A stretch of DNA of 63,911 bases, filler included, from 4 parts of 4 records of this genome joined end to end with filler, not necessarily neighbours in it; one strand, 5' to 3'; shown: positions 20,974 through 31,627, numbered from the whole stretch's first letter. The notes: generated by a model from the letters alone, not told the origin. Numbers and translations are program-made.

Positions 20974-21552
20974 TTAGCTAGTAAAATCACCACTTAAAAC
21001 TTTCTGTGATTCTGTGTCTAGGGTCATTTCATAATCATAGTTTGGGTGCGTAGACCCTACCTTTATAGCTGAGCCTGCAATGAAATCATCAATCATCTCC
21101 TGGGTAAACTCGAATCTCATAAAGTGTACAGCTGAAGTTTTAACGTCGGTCTCTCTCTCCAAATCTTCATTACAAATCGGGAAGGCTCTTTCATGGTTAC
21201 CTACTTGGAAATAAATACTTTTTTCAACGCCAATGAGCTCTGTGAGAGCAACTATGCGCTCAGCAACATCTGAATACTCAATCATCATTGTTGCTTTTAG
21301 ATTGGCGCCATTGGGTACCAGTGCATTGTATACATCCAGCTCATCTTGAATCTCACTTGATTCAAAAATTTTCTCGATTCGAAGCATTTCTTGAACTTGG
21401 TATTGAACAGTTTGCTTGTTTTCAAATATCATCCTAATATGCTCACCCAAGTGCACTTCTCTAAGCTTTTTAACTTGGATTGTTTCCTGGCGAATCGATG
21501 AACGCTTTTCTGCATACTCTTCAAGAGTTAATAGGTCTTGTCTTTCTAACAT
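20974..21552 (-). CDS. DUF3501-family protein
   Basis: YQVQEMLRIE, KTSAVHFMRF; third gene of the aerobic-type rubrerythrin operon. Confidence 0.85.
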   Translation of the reverse strand: MLERQDLLTLEEYAEKRSSIRQETIQVKKLREVHLGEHIRMIFENKQTVQYQVQEMLRIEKIFESSEIQDELDVYNALVPNGANLKATMMIEYSDVAERIVALTELIGVEKSIYFQVGNHERAFPICNEDLERETDVKTSAVHFMRFEFTQEMIDDFIAGSAIKVGSTHPNYDYEMTLDTESQKVLSGDFTS

Positions 21553-21573
21553 AATTATTTCCTCAAATTGTGT

Positions 21574-22878
21574 TTATAAATCATAAGCCAACTTCACTAG
21601 GCTAATCGGATGAATAGATTCTATATCTTGTGTAGCAATATGTGCAACATGGTTACCTGCCATAACGCAATCACTAACAACAAGGTCGGTAGTGTCGGTA
21701 ATTTTTTTGGCAACTGGCATTCCAATTTTGACTGAGTAAGTATGTGTCTCTTTTCTCACACCATAGGTACCATCATGTCCTGAACATCTTTCTGCAATAT
21801 TGACGTCTAAATCAGGAATTAAACCTAGGATTTTTTTTGTATGCGCTCCAATATTTTGAACTCTTTGATGGCATGCCACTTGATAAAGAATCTCTTTATC
21901 AATGGCCTTAAATTTGTCATCAAAATGATTGTTTTCTATTAGCAATGAAAGGTACTCAAAGGGGTCATAGAATGCTTCAGAAATAGCTTTTATGTCTTCA
22001 TTTTCATTCAATATCATTGGTAGTTCATTCTTAAACATTAAGACGCAAGAGGGTATAGGCGCAATAAGCTTGTAGCCATCTTTGACTAGCTCCATTAATG
22101 GCTCTATATTTTCATTGGAATACTTCTCGACTGAGTCAAGATCTCCAAGCTCCATTTTGGGCATTCCGCAACACTGAGTCTTTTTGATTAGCTTCACCTC
22201 AACATTGTTATGTCTTAATACATCGACTAGGTCAATGACTGTTTTTGGATCATTGTATTCTCCATAACAGGTTCCAAAAATTGCTACCTTGAATTGACTG
22301 TCAGAGCTCTTTTCAACAAAGACCTTAGATAACCTTTTAGAGTGGTAAGTTGGCACAACCGCATTCTCATGAACGCCGAGTACCTTTTGAGTAACCTTTC
22401 TGAGAGTTTTGTTTTTATTTGACCAGTTAACCACAGGCGATATGACTGGCTTCGATGCAATAGCACCAACCTTTTGAGGCGATGTTAAGATTTTATGTGA
22501 TAACTTAGTTTCGCCCTTTTTAAATTGAATGGCTTTCGCTCTAAGCATAAGATGCGGAAAATCAACATTAAAGTCGTGTGGCGGCACATATGGACATTTA
22601 GCTATGTAGCACAAATCGCACAAATAACATTGATCCACAACTTTTTTGTAATCAGCCTTATCGACACCATCTACCTCAAAAGTTTCAGACTCATCGATCA
22701 AGTCAAATAGTGTTGGAAAAGACTTACATAAACTTACACATCGTCTGCAGCCGTGACAGATATCAAATACCCTCTCAAGCTCATTGTTGAGAGAATCTTC
22801 ATCATAAAAATCTTTATCTTTCCAATTTAGAGGGTGACGTGTTGGAGCCTCTAAATTGCCTTCTTTGAATTTAGACAT
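21574..22878 (-). CDS. Rubrerythrin-associated Fe-S oxidoreductase (GlpC/HdrD-like, CCG domains)
   Basis: EGNLEAPTRHPL, CHGCRRCVSLC, CYLCDLCYIAKCPY, CCGMP, CSGHDGTYG. Confidence 0.9.
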   Translation of the reverse strand: MSKFKEGNLEAPTRHPLNWKDKDFYDEDSLNNELERVFDICHGCRRCVSLCKSFPTLFDLIDESETFEVDGVDKADYKKVVDQCYLCDLCYIAKCPYVPPHDFNVDFPHLMLRAKAIQFKKGETKLSHKILTSPQKVGAIASKPVISPVVNWSNKNKTLRKVTQKVLGVHENAVVPTYHSKRLSKVFVEKSSDSQFKVAIFGTCYGEYNDPKTVIDLVDVLRHNNVEVKLIKKTQCCGMPKMELGDLDSVEKYSNENIEPLMELVKDGYKLIAPIPSCVLMFKNELPMILNENEDIKAISEAFYDPFEYLSLLIENNHFDDKFKAIDKEILYQVACHQRVQNIGAHTKKILGLIPDLDVNIAERCSGHDGTYGVRKETHTYSVKIGMPVAKKITDTTDLVVSDCVMAGNHVAHIATQDIESIHPISLVKLAYDL

Positions 22879-22903
22879 ATTTATTAGGTTTTAAGGGTTA
22901 TTA

Positions 22904-22928
22904 CTACCACAGACTAGATCTGTGGTAG
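22904..22928. terminator. Perfect 10-bp hairpin between rbr and the Fe-S oxidoreductase
   Basis: CTACCACAGA-CTAGA-TCTGTGGTAG. Confidence 0.6.
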
Positions 22929-22936
22929 CAGTGACT

Positions 22937-23356
22937 TTAGATACTATCTAAAGCTTTTTGATAACGGTTAGCATGAGAACGCTCAGCTTTCGCTAAGGTT
23001 TCAAACCAATCAGCAATTTCATCAAATCCCTCTTCTCTGGCTGTTTTAGCCATTCCTGGATACATGTCAGTGTACTCATGAGTTTCTCCATGAACTGCAC
23101 TAGCAAGCATATCTTTGACTTCCTTAGCTGGCATATCAGTTCCTGGATCACCAACTCCACCCTCAATTAAGTGCTCCATATGTCCGTGCGCATGACCCGT
23201 TTCACCTTCAGCAGTTGATCTGAAAAGAGCAGCCATATCTGGCTCTCCTAAAACGTCACATTGATTTGCAAAATATAAATAGCGTCTATTTGCTTGAGAT
23301 TCTCCAGCAAATGCATCCTTTAAAGATTGTTCTGTTTTACTTCCACTTAAATTCAT
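22937..23356 (-). CDS. rbr: Short rubrerythrin without rubredoxin domain
   Basis: [43 protein letters not shown] di-iron motifs. Confidence 0.95.
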   Translation of the reverse strand: MNLSGSKTEQSLKDAFAGESQANRRYLYFANQCDVLGEPDMAALFRSTAEGETGHAHGHMEHLIEGGVGDPGTDMPAKEVKDMLASAVHGETHEYTDMYPGMAKTAREEGFDEIADWFETLAKAERSHANRYQKALDSI

Positions 23357-23434
23357 TTTTAGCTCCGATAGTTTAAATGAGCCACAATCATACCATTCAT
23401 TTATATAAAGTTAAATTGAATAATACTGTATATA

Positions 23435-23455
23435 ATATTCGGTAAAAACGAATAT
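23435..23455. promoter_or_regulatory. LysR-type dyad ATATTCG-N7-CGAATAT
   Basis: Perfect inverted repeat containing T-N11-A in the rbr/regulator divergent spacer. Confidence 0.6.
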
Positions 23456-23459
23456 AAAA

Positions 23460-24317
23460 ATGACACCCTCAATTAAAAATTTACAGTATCTAGTTGCATT
23501 GAAAAAAACGAATCACTTTTCAAATGCTGCCAAGGAATGTTTTGTCAGTGCCTCAACCTTTAGCGCTGGGATTTCAAAACTTGAAAATGACCTTCAGGTC
23601 AAGTTAGTTGAGCGAGACAACAAGAATGTTCGCTTTACATCGGCCGGAAATCGTATCACTAAACAAGCAATGTCAGTTTTGGCAGAAATGAACGTTTTGG
23701 TAAGCACTTCAAATTTAGATTTTTTTGAATCTGAAATCACGATCGGAGTTATTCCAACAATATCGACTTATATTCTTCCAAATTTTCTATCCAATTTAAC
23801 CCATTCTCACCCAAAACTTAAAGTTTCATTTAAGGAAGACACAAGTGAGAACTTAGTAAAACATCTCGATCAAGCTAAAATCGATTTTGCAATCTTTGCG
23901 TTTCCCTATGAGCTGCCTGATTTTATTGAAAGTTTTCAAGTTTTTGCTGATCCTATTTATTTTATTCAACACAAAAATCGAAAGTCGAAAGTAATCGATA
24001 ACGGCTCCTTATTGATGCTGGAACAAGGCCATTGCCTTCGTTCACACATTTTACAAAATAACGAGATTTCAACTAAACACATATCAAACTTCTCGTGTAC
24101 CAGTATTTCTACACTTGTTGCTATGGTAGATACTAATATTGGGGTGAGCTTCCTGCCAAGGATGGCAATTGACTTTGGAATACTGAGTCACTATCCAAAT
24201 ATCAATATAGACCTAGAATCAACGAAAGCAAAAAGAGATATTGGCGTTATTTATAGAAAAAACAATCCACAAGAAGAAAACATTAAAAAACTGGCTATGC
24301 TCTTGAAGGCAGACTAG
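23460..24317 (+). CDS. oxyR: OxyR-like LysR-family regulator
   Basis: LysR HTH, IGVIPTISTYILP, LLMLEQGHCLR (peroxidatic Cys), TSISTLVAMV; divergent from rbr. Confidence 0.8.
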   Translation: MTPSIKNLQYLVALKKTNHFSNAAKECFVSASTFSAGISKLENDLQVKLVERDNKNVRFTSAGNRITKQAMSVLAEMNVLVSTSNLDFFESEITIGVIPTISTYILPNFLSNLTHSHPKLKVSFKEDTSENLVKHLDQAKIDFAIFAFPYELPDFIESFQVFADPIYFIQHKNRKSKVIDNGSLLMLEQGHCLRSHILQNNEISTKHISNFSCTSISTLVAMVDTNIGVSFLPRMAIDFGILSHYPNINIDLESTKAKRDIGVIYRKNNPQEENIKKLAMLLKAD

Positions 24318-24324
24318 TTTGGTA

Positions 24325-24765
24325 CTAGTTGTAAGGGTTGCTAATACCAAGATTACCTAAAAAATTAATCTCTATTGACTCCATCTTATTAGCTGAAGTG
24401 ACATCTTCATGATCATGTCCAATCAAGTGAAGGATGCCATGAATTGCCATATGAGTTAAATGGTCTGTAAATTTTTTGTCACCGATTAGTGCCTCCTCTC
24501 TCACCACATCGACACAAATAACAACATCACCAAGGATTGATTCTTCAACCTCCTCTGGAATGTCGCTTTGAAAAGAGAGTACATTGGTGACCTGATTTTT
24601 ATCCCTATACTCTTTATTAAGGACTTGAATCTCAACAGGAGAAACAAGACGAATTAATAACTCAGATTCCTCTAAAGCATTTTCATTTAAAAAATCCTGA
24701 CAAACCTGACTAAGGTTCTCTTCGTCAACATTTGAATCGTTAATGATATTTTGAATAACTACCAT
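24325..24765 (-). CDS. ybeY: rRNA maturation endoribonuclease
   Basis: TNVLSF, LGDVVIC, HGILHLIGHDH. Confidence 0.95.
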   Translation of the reverse strand: MVVIQNIINDSNVDEENLSQVCQDFLNENALEESELLIRLVSPVEIQVLNKEYRDKNQVTNVLSFQSDIPEEVEESILGDVVICVDVVREEALIGDKKFTDHLTHMAIHGILHLIGHDHEDVTSANKMESIEINFLGNLGISNPYN

Positions 24766-24818
24766 GGCAAGTTAATATTGCTAAAATACTTATTTTATCC
24801 CTAAAACTTTTTTAATTG

Positions 24819-26780
24819 ATGCAAATCACAGAAGTTGCAATTCCGGTCCCATTACACAATACGTTTGATTACCTATGTAAAGATAAAGTCGGCATTGGCT
24901 CAAGAGTAAAAGTTCCCTTTGGAAATAAAAAAGTTACAGGCATTGTCCTCTCTCACAAAGACAAGAGTAGCTTTACAAAGCTTAGAGAAGTTGAAGAAGT
25001 GTTAGATCACGAAGTACTCTTATCGAAAGAGATTCTTACATTTCTATCTTGGTCTGCTGACTATTACCACCATCCAATTGGAGAAGTGCTTTCCAATGCG
25101 ATTCCAAAAAATCTAAGAAATGGTAAGCCAGCTGTCATTAAAAAGCCGGGTGAATTACATGACAAAGTATCATCGAGCGGCTTTGAACTGACTAATGAGC
25201 AGAACTTTGCTATCTCTGAGGTACTCAAGAATTCTTCAGAGTTTAATGGCTTTTTGCTTCATGGCGTCACTGGCAGTGGCAAGACAGAGGTCTATCTTAG
25301 TATCACTGAGCAGCTTTTAAAAAAAGGAAAGCAAGTTCTCGTTTTAGTTCCAGAGATAGGCTTAACCCCTCAAATGATTTCCCGTTTTGAACAGAGAATA
25401 GAAGGTCGAGTTGTTGCAGTTCATTCTCAGCTCAATGACACTCAAAAACAAGACGCCTATCTGATGGCAAAGGATGGCGATGCAAAAGTGATTCTTGGAA
25501 CTCGATCTGCTGTTTTTACACCCATCCCTAATCTTGGACTCGTGATTGTGGACGAGGAACACGACAACTCCTTTAAGCAGCAATCTAACTTTCGCTACTC
25601 CGCAAGAGATCTAAGTTTTATGAGAGCTAAATTTGCTAATGTTCCACTTATACTCGGAACTGCAACACCCTCATTAGAAACTTTGAAAAATGTTATCGAA
25701 AAAAAACTTATTCGTCTGACTCTAACTTCTCGCCCCGGCGAGGCAATCATGCCGAGTGTTGATCTGATTGATATGAGAAGTCAGCCCTCAGAACCATTAT
25801 CAAAACCTCTCATCGCAAGAATCAAGCATCACCTTTCAGAAGGTAAACAGGTCATGCTATTTATCAACCGAAGGGGTTATGCGCCAATATATTACTGCAC
25901 AGAGTGCGATTGGCAGTCTGAATGCACCAGTTGTGATTCTAAGCTGGTATACCACCGAAGCATTAATCGACTTAAGTGCCATCACTGTGGATTGGAAAAA
26001 CCACCCGAATCCTCTTGTCCCTCTTGCAGAAGCCATGAGCTCAAAATTCTTGGTTATGGAACAGAGAGACTAGAAGAAAATCTAGAGTCATTCTTTCCAA
26101 ATGCAGAGGTCATTAGAATTGACAGAGACACCACGCGAAAGAAAAAAGCTTTTGCAACTCACTTAAAAAAAATCAACTCTGGAGAGCCCTCCATCATTGT
26201 AGGAACTCAAATGCTCGCCAAGGGCCATGACTTCTCTAATCTAGCATTTGTCGGTATTTTAGATGTCGATGTTGGGCTGATGTCAACTGACTTTCGGGCA
26301 ACAGAACATTTAGCTCAACTGCTTGTTCAAGTCTCAGGAAGATGTGGCAGAGGTAAATATAAGGGAGAGGTCAATATCCAGACGCGTTATCCGAATCATC
26401 CTATATTCAACTATGTGAAAGATTCGCGTTACATTGAGTATGCTAAAACCCTTTTATCAGAGCGTAAAGATACAAAACTGCCTCCTTTTGCCCATCAAGC
26501 GTTGATTTGTGCAAATGCTAAAAATAAAAATTTAGCTGAGAATTTTTTGACTGAAGTTGCTCAATTAACGAATAGCATTGAGATTGATTCAGTCGAAATT
26601 TGGGGTCCAGTTCCTGGTGTAATTGAACGGAAATCAGACTACTACTACTTTAATCTTTACTTGCAATCAGAGGATAGAGGACAACTTAGAAGACTCATTC
26701 AAACCTTTTATCAGCATGTTGATACCATTAAGGTGAGCTCTTCAGTTCGATGGTTTGTTGATATTGACCCTATCGAATAG
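24819..26780 (+). CDS. priA: Primosomal protein N'
   Basis: GVTGSGKTEVY, DEEH, NRRGYAP, CxxC zinc knuckles, GTQMLAKGHDF, DIDP. Confidence 0.97.
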   Translation: MQITEVAIPVPLHNTFDYLCKDKVGIGSRVKVPFGNKKVTGIVLSHKDKSSFTKLREVEEVLDHEVLLSKEILTFLSWSADYYHHPIGEVLSNAIPKNLRNGKPAVIKKPGELHDKVSSSGFELTNEQNFAISEVLKNSSEFNGFLLHGVTGSGKTEVYLSITEQLLKKGKQVLVLVPEIGLTPQMISRFEQRIEGRVVAVHSQLNDTQKQDAYLMAKDGDAKVILGTRSAVFTPIPNLGLVIVDEEHDNSFKQQSNFRYSARDLSFMRAKFANVPLILGTATPSLETLKNVIEKKLIRLTLTSRPGEAIMPSVDLIDMRSQPSEPLSKPLIARIKHHLSEGKQVMLFINRRGYAPIYYCTECDWQSECTSCDSKLVYHRSINRLKCHHCGLEKPPESSCPSCRSHELKILGYGTERLEENLESFFPNAEVIRIDRDTTRKKKAFATHLKKINSGEPSIIVGTQMLAKGHDFSNLAFVGILDVDVGLMSTDFRATEHLAQLLVQVSGRCGRGKYKGEVNIQTRYPNHPIFNYVKDSRYIEYAKTLLSERKDTKLPPFAHQALICANAKNKNLAENFLTEVAQLTNSIEIDSVEIWGPVPGVIERKSDYYYFNLYLQSEDRGQLRRLIQTFYQHVDTIKVSSSVRWFVDIDPIE

Positions 26781-26785
26781 AAAAT

Positions 26786-28027
26786 TTATGTGATCGAGTC
26801 GTCAACAATCTCGGCCATAGCCTGAGTAATGACTAACAACTCTTTATCGGATATTACAAAGGGCGGCATGGTGTATAGTAACCTGCCATAAGGCCTCAGC
26901 CAAACACCAGACTCAATCAACTTTTCCTGAGTTTTTTTCATGTCCAATGCTTCATTGAACTCTATCACCCCAATTGCACCAAGAACCCTGACATCAAATA
27001 TGGATTGATGACTCTGAAGAGGCATCAACTGATCCCTCAAAATAGCTTCAATTTCACTTACTCTTTTTTTCCAGTTACTTTCTAAAAGAAGATCAATACT
27101 TGCAATCGCTGCAGAACAGGCCAGAGGGTTAGCCATAAAGGTTGGTCCATGCATCAGTACGCCCACTGTTTCAGAAACCTTTTGCTTGGTGATGGCTGCG
27201 GCCATTGTCATATATCCACCAGTCAAAGCTTTTCCAATGCACATAATGTCAGGCTCAATATTAGCATGATTGCAGCCAAATAGTTCACCCGTTCGCCCAA
27301 AGCCAGTGGCTATCTCATCCACAATCATAAGAACGTTGAACTCGTCACATAACGCTCTAGCACCTATTAGATAATCCACCTCATAGATGTTCATTCCTCC
27401 AGCGCCCTGAACAATTGGCTCAAGAATCATAGCTGCGATTTTTTTATGGCTCTTACTTAGCCTCGACTCCAAATCAGAAAGTGCTTCATCAGTGTTATCA
27501 TGTTTGGGCTGATTAACAAAGTAATGCTTTGGCAAAACCTCACTAAAAAGGTGATGCATCCCCTTATTTGGATCGCAAACACTCATAGCACCGAAAGTAT
27601 CGCCATGGTAACCACCCCTTGGCGTTACAAAATATGATTTTTCTTTTTGCCCCTTATTTTGCCAGTACTGGATGGCCATTTTTAGAGACACCTCAACTGA
27701 GACGGAGCCCGAATCTGCAAAAAATACTTTATCCAAACCTTTGGGCGTCAAATTGATGAGTTTTTCACATAAATCAATGGCTGGTTGATGAGTCAGACCC
27801 CCAAACATTACGTGCGACACTTTATCAATCTGAGACTTGACAGCATCATTAATATAGGAATTGTTGTAGCCATGTATCATGCACCACCAAGAACTCATGC
27901 CATCAATGATGCGTGCTCCATTTTTGAAGTTAAGGTACACTCCTTCGGCGCTTTCTACATGGTATGTTGGTACCTTGTTTGGGATATTGGCATAAGGATG
28001 CCAGATATGATTTTCGTCAATACTCAC
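26786..28027 (-). CDS. bioA: Adenosylmethionine-8-amino-7-oxononanoate transaminase
   Basis: HIWHPY, DGMSSWW, HVMFGGLTH, GYHGDTFGAMSV, GKALTGG. Confidence 0.96.
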   Translation of the reverse strand: MSIDENHIWHPYANIPNKVPTYHVESAEGVYLNFKNGARIIDGMSSWWCMIHGYNNSYINDAVKSQIDKVSHVMFGGLTHQPAIDLCEKLINLTPKGLDKVFFADSGSVSVEVSLKMAIQYWQNKGQKEKSYFVTPRGGYHGDTFGAMSVCDPNKGMHHLFSEVLPKHYFVNQPKHDNTDEALSDLESRLSKSHKKIAAMILEPIVQGAGGMNIYEVDYLIGARALCDEFNVLMIVDEIATGFGRTGELFGCNHANIEPDIMCIGKALTGGYMTMAAAITKQKVSETVGVLMHGPTFMANPLACSAAIASIDLLLESNWKKRVSEIEAILRDQLMPLQSHQSIFDVRVLGAIGVIEFNEALDMKKTQEKLIESGVWLRPYGRLLYTMPPFVISDKELLVITQAMAEIVDDSIT

Positions 28028-28695
28028 TATAGGTAGTCTCGCAATTGCGCCATAGAATCAATCACGAGATCAGGGTTTTCATCAGCAATATTATTGCCAT
28101 GGTTATAGCCGTAAGACATACAAATGATCTGAAAGCTTGCTGCCCTAGCCGCCTTGACGTCACTCACCGAATCCCCAAGCATAAGGCACTCATTGGGCTT
28201 AATATTAAAAAAGTTAGCGCCATGAATTAGAGGGAGTGGGTCTGGCTTTTTCTTTTCTAAAGTGTCGCCAGAAATAACGATCCCAAAATAATCAATAATT
28301 CCTAAAGATTGAAGTAATGGAAGCGTAAATTGCTCCGCTTTATTTGTAACGCAACCTAAAAGGTAATCTTTAGATTTTAAATAATATAAGCCCTCCATTA
28401 CGCCCTCGTAGAGAGTAGACCTGACTGATGAATTTTGGGCATACAAATCTAAAAAAATGGGATACGCTTTGTCAAAAGCTTCTTTACTTGGAGAGCCATC
28501 CAATTCACCAGTCAAAGCCCTTTCAACTAGCCTAGGGACTCCGTTTCCAACCCAATGCCTTACTGTCTCTTCTCCTCTGACTGGCATATCCAGACTGAGC
28601 ATCATTTGATCAACGCAATACGCTAAATCAGGAACACTATCGACCAAAGTTCCATCAACATCGATCATTACTAGTTTTGGCTGAAATATTGTCAT
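28027..28695 (-). CDS. gph: Phosphoglycolate phosphatase (HAD)
   Basis: DVDGTLVDSVPDL, KKPDPLP, GDSVSD, YGYNHG. Confidence 0.93.
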   Translation of the reverse strand: MTIFQPKLVMIDVDGTLVDSVPDLAYCVDQMMLSLDMPVRGEETVRHWVGNGVPRLVERALTGELDGSPSKEAFDKAYPIFLDLYAQNSSVRSTLYEGVMEGLYYLKSKDYLLGCVTNKAEQFTLPLLQSLGIIDYFGIVISGDTLEKKKPDPLPLIHGANFFNIKPNECLMLGDSVSDVKAARAASFQIICMSYGYNHGNNIADENPDLVIDSMAQLRDYL

Positions 28696-28761
28696 TAATG
28701 TTCTTTATTTATTGCAAGTTTGGTAGAATTGAATTAAGCATTCAATACAAAGATATTTTAT

Positions 28762-29592
28762 ATGGAAAACAAAACAGTCATTGGATTTATTGGCGCTGGC
28801 AATATGGCATATGCTCTTATTAAAGGGCTTTTGAGTGATGGATTTGAAGCCAAAAATATTAATGTTAGTGATGCAAACCTTGAGCTTCTTGAAAAACGTA
28901 GCTCTGAACTGGGTGTGACTACCTACTCTGATAATGTCTCACTTCTCACCAACAGTGATATTGTCGTTTTTGCGGTTAAGCCTCAAGTACTCTCAGTGGT
29001 TTGTCATGAACTCAAAAATAAGGCTTCATCAGATCAGCTCTTTGTCTCCATTGTAGCTGGCATTAAAAGTAAAGATATTAATCGTTGGCTCGGAGGTGAC
29101 TTTGCACTCGTAAGAACAATGCCCAATACGCCTGCTCTTTTTCAATCTGGAGTGACAGGTCTTTTTGCAAATGAGCTCGTTAATGACACTCAAAAAGAGT
29201 CAGTAAACTTGTTGCTATCGGCTGTAGGTGAGTGTTTTTGGGTCAATGAGGAAAACCTTTTGGACGCAATTACAGCGATTTCAGGTAGTGGGCCCGCTTA
29301 TTTTTTCTTAATGATGCAGTCCATGAAACAGGCTGCTATGGCCTTGGGGCTGGATGAAGAAACAGCTGACGCTTTGAGTATTAAGACCAGTCTTGGTGCA
29401 AGCATAATGGCCACGAACTCTGGCAAAGACTCTCGCACGCTTCGTGCAGAAGTCACATCTCCAAATGGAACCACGCAGTCAGCTATTGAAACCTTTCAAG
29501 ATCAGAACTTTGAGGGAATCGTTGCAGCTGCAACCAGAGCTGCCTATGATCGGGCTAGAGAGCTGAGTCAAGAATTAGGCAACATTGACTAG
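28762..29592 (+). CDS. proC: Pyrroline-5-carboxylate reductase
   Basis: GFIGAGNM, AVKPQ, RTMPNTP, SGSGPAY, VTSPNGTT. Confidence 0.97.
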   Translation: MENKTVIGFIGAGNMAYALIKGLLSDGFEAKNINVSDANLELLEKRSSELGVTTYSDNVSLLTNSDIVVFAVKPQVLSVVCHELKNKASSDQLFVSIVAGIKSKDINRWLGGDFALVRTMPNTPALFQSGVTGLFANELVNDTQKESVNLLLSAVGECFWVNEENLLDAITAISGSGPAYFFLMMQSMKQAAMALGLDEETADALSIKTSLGASIMATNSGKDSRTLRAEVTSPNGTTQSAIETFQDQNFEGIVAAATRAAYDRARELSQELGNID

Positions 29593-29610
29593 GGTTTCCT
29601 TTATTACCTA

Positions 29611-30327
29611 TTAACTTCCCCATAGCAATTGCATATTAGCAATTGCTGCTAGAGAAGCAGTTTCTGTTCTTAAAACCCTCTTTCCAATAAGGATTGACTG
29701 ATATCCAGCGACCTCAGAATCACTAACTTCTTTTTCAGTCAGGCCCCCTTCAGGACCAATAAGTATTGTTGCTTTTGACGTTTCCTTAAGCTGACTCAGG
29801 CTAATTTGTGCACGATGATGCAAAACAAAGCCATTATGATTCGTCTCCTCTAATAACTCTTCGAGTGAGAGTGGGTCAGACAGACTGACAATGACTGAAC
29901 GGCCTGATTGTTCACAGGCATGGTTAGCAATTTTTTGCCAGTGATCAATTTTTTTTTGAACTTTTTCATCGCTCAGCCTGACAACACACCGCTCTAATTT
30001 CATTGGGATTATTCTAGTCACTCCCAACTCAACCGCTTTTTGAATCAAAAAATCCATTTTTTCGCCCTTTGCAATTCCTTGGGCGAGTGTTAAATCTAAT
30101 TTTGATTCTGTATTATTTCGTGCCTTAGAAATGACTTTAAGACTGGTTGTTTTTTTCGCGTCTTGAACTAACGCTGTGTAATCAAAACCATCACCATTAA
30201 ACACGGTAATATTTTTGCCAACTGGAAAACGTAAAACCTTATTTAAATGGTGACTATTGTCACTATCTAATTCAGCAGTTTTACCTTCAGTAAAAGGTGT
30301 ATTTTGATAAAGTCGTATCGTTTTCAT
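29611..30327 (-). CDS. rsmE: 16S rRNA m3U1498 methyltransferase
   Basis: QKAVELG, ACEQSGR, IGPEGG, VLRTETA. Confidence 0.96.
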   Translation of the reverse strand: MKTIRLYQNTPFTEGKTAELDSDNSHHLNKVLRFPVGKNITVFNGDGFDYTALVQDAKKTTSLKVISKARNNTESKLDLTLAQGIAKGEKMDFLIQKAVELGVTRIIPMKLERCVVRLSDEKVQKKIDHWQKIANHACEQSGRSVIVSLSDPLSLEELLEETNHNGFVLHHRAQISLSQLKETSKATILIGPEGGLTEKEVSDSEVAGYQSILIGKRVLRTETASLAAIANMQLLWGS

Positions 30328-30374
30328 GGTATCTTTCTTGCGTTATATATCTAAGAATTAATACACCAAACAAA

Positions 30375-31625
30375 ATGATACATCAAAAAAGAAGAGAGGA
30401 GTTGTTAAGCATGCTGGGTCGAGACGCAGTAGTCATTGTGTCGACCAATAGTGAACAAAAAAGAAACAGTGATGTGACTTACCCATTTCGCCCCGATAGT
30501 AATTTTTGGTATCTTACTGGTTTTACAGAGCCCGATGCAATAGCGGTATTTAGTAAAGAAAGCTATGTCATGTTTTTGAGACCGAAGGATGAGACTAAAG
30601 AGATCTGGAATGGAATCAGACTTGGTGTTGCACTTGCTCCTGAAACTTTATTAGTGGATCAAGCTTATGATATTGATACTTTCTTTGATAATATTGACTC
30701 TTTTACTCATAAAAGATCTGTCATATATTTTGATGCCCCAGGAAGTGGTGGTTGGAAAGACAATTCAAGCACAAATATTCATAATCAACGCATTCATTCT
30801 CTTTTTGAAAGTAGTTTAAAGCCCTTAAATCCTTGTATTTCAGAAATGCGATTAATAAAAGATAAGGAAGAAGTAAAAAATATGCAGGATGCTGCTGATT
30901 TAGCATCTGAAGCTCATATGAGTGCCATGAGAGCGGCTTCACCTGGACTATATGAACATAACATTGCCTCTGTATTTGATTCACAATTTACAAACGGCAA
31001 CTCTGAGCACTCCTATCCTCCAATCGTTGCAAGTGGAGAGAATGCATGCATTTTGCATTACAATGAGAACAACCAAGAACTTCAAGATGGGGATCTACTG
31101 CTTATTGATGCAGGTTGTGAAGTCAATGGTTATGCCTCAGATATTACAAGGACTTTTCCCATTAATGGAAAGTTTAGTGAGGCCCAAAAAGAGATATATG
31201 GCATTGTTTTAAGTGCACAAAAATCTGCTATTGATTCTATCAAACCTGGAGTAAGCTGCAACAAGCCGCATGAGACTGCTTGTCAAATCATAACAGATGG
31301 CCTTATCAAGCTAGGCATTATGAAATCCCCTGAAGATTTGACCAAGTTTTATATGCACGGAACGGGTCACTGGCTTGGACTCGATGTCCATGACGTGGGT
31401 ATTAAACTAATCAATGATGAGTTCCGTGAGTTTAAAAGTGGTATGGTAACAACTGTTGAGCCTGGAATTTATATACGAAGGGATGATAAAATTGAATCTA
31501 AGTACTGGGGCATCGGAGTCAGAATAGAAGATGATGTACTAGTGACTGAAGCAGGAAATCATGTCCTCTCCAAAAAAGCAGTTAAGGATATTAATGAAAT
31601 TGAATATTTAATGAGCCAGCGATAA
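30375..31625 (+). CDS. pepP: Xaa-Pro aminopeptidase
   Basis: YPFRPDSNFWYLTGF, IDAG, DITRT, HWLGLDVHD, VRIEDD; ATG 30375. Confidence 0.95.
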   Translation: MIHQKRREELLSMLGRDAVVIVSTNSEQKRNSDVTYPFRPDSNFWYLTGFTEPDAIAVFSKESYVMFLRPKDETKEIWNGIRLGVALAPETLLVDQAYDIDTFFDNIDSFTHKRSVIYFDAPGSGGWKDNSSTNIHNQRIHSLFESSLKPLNPCISEMRLIKDKEEVKNMQDAADLASEAHMSAMRAASPGLYEHNIASVFDSQFTNGNSEHSYPPIVASGENACILHYNENNQELQDGDLLLIDAGCEVNGYASDITRTFPINGKFSEAQKEIYGIVLSAQKSAIDSIKPGVSCNKPHETACQIITDGLIKLGIMKSPEDLTKFYMHGTGHWLGLDVHDVGIKLINDEFREFKSGMVTTVEPGIYIRRDDKIESKYWGIGVRIEDDVLVTEAGNHVLSKKAVKDINEIEYLMSQR

Positions 31626-31627
31626 TT

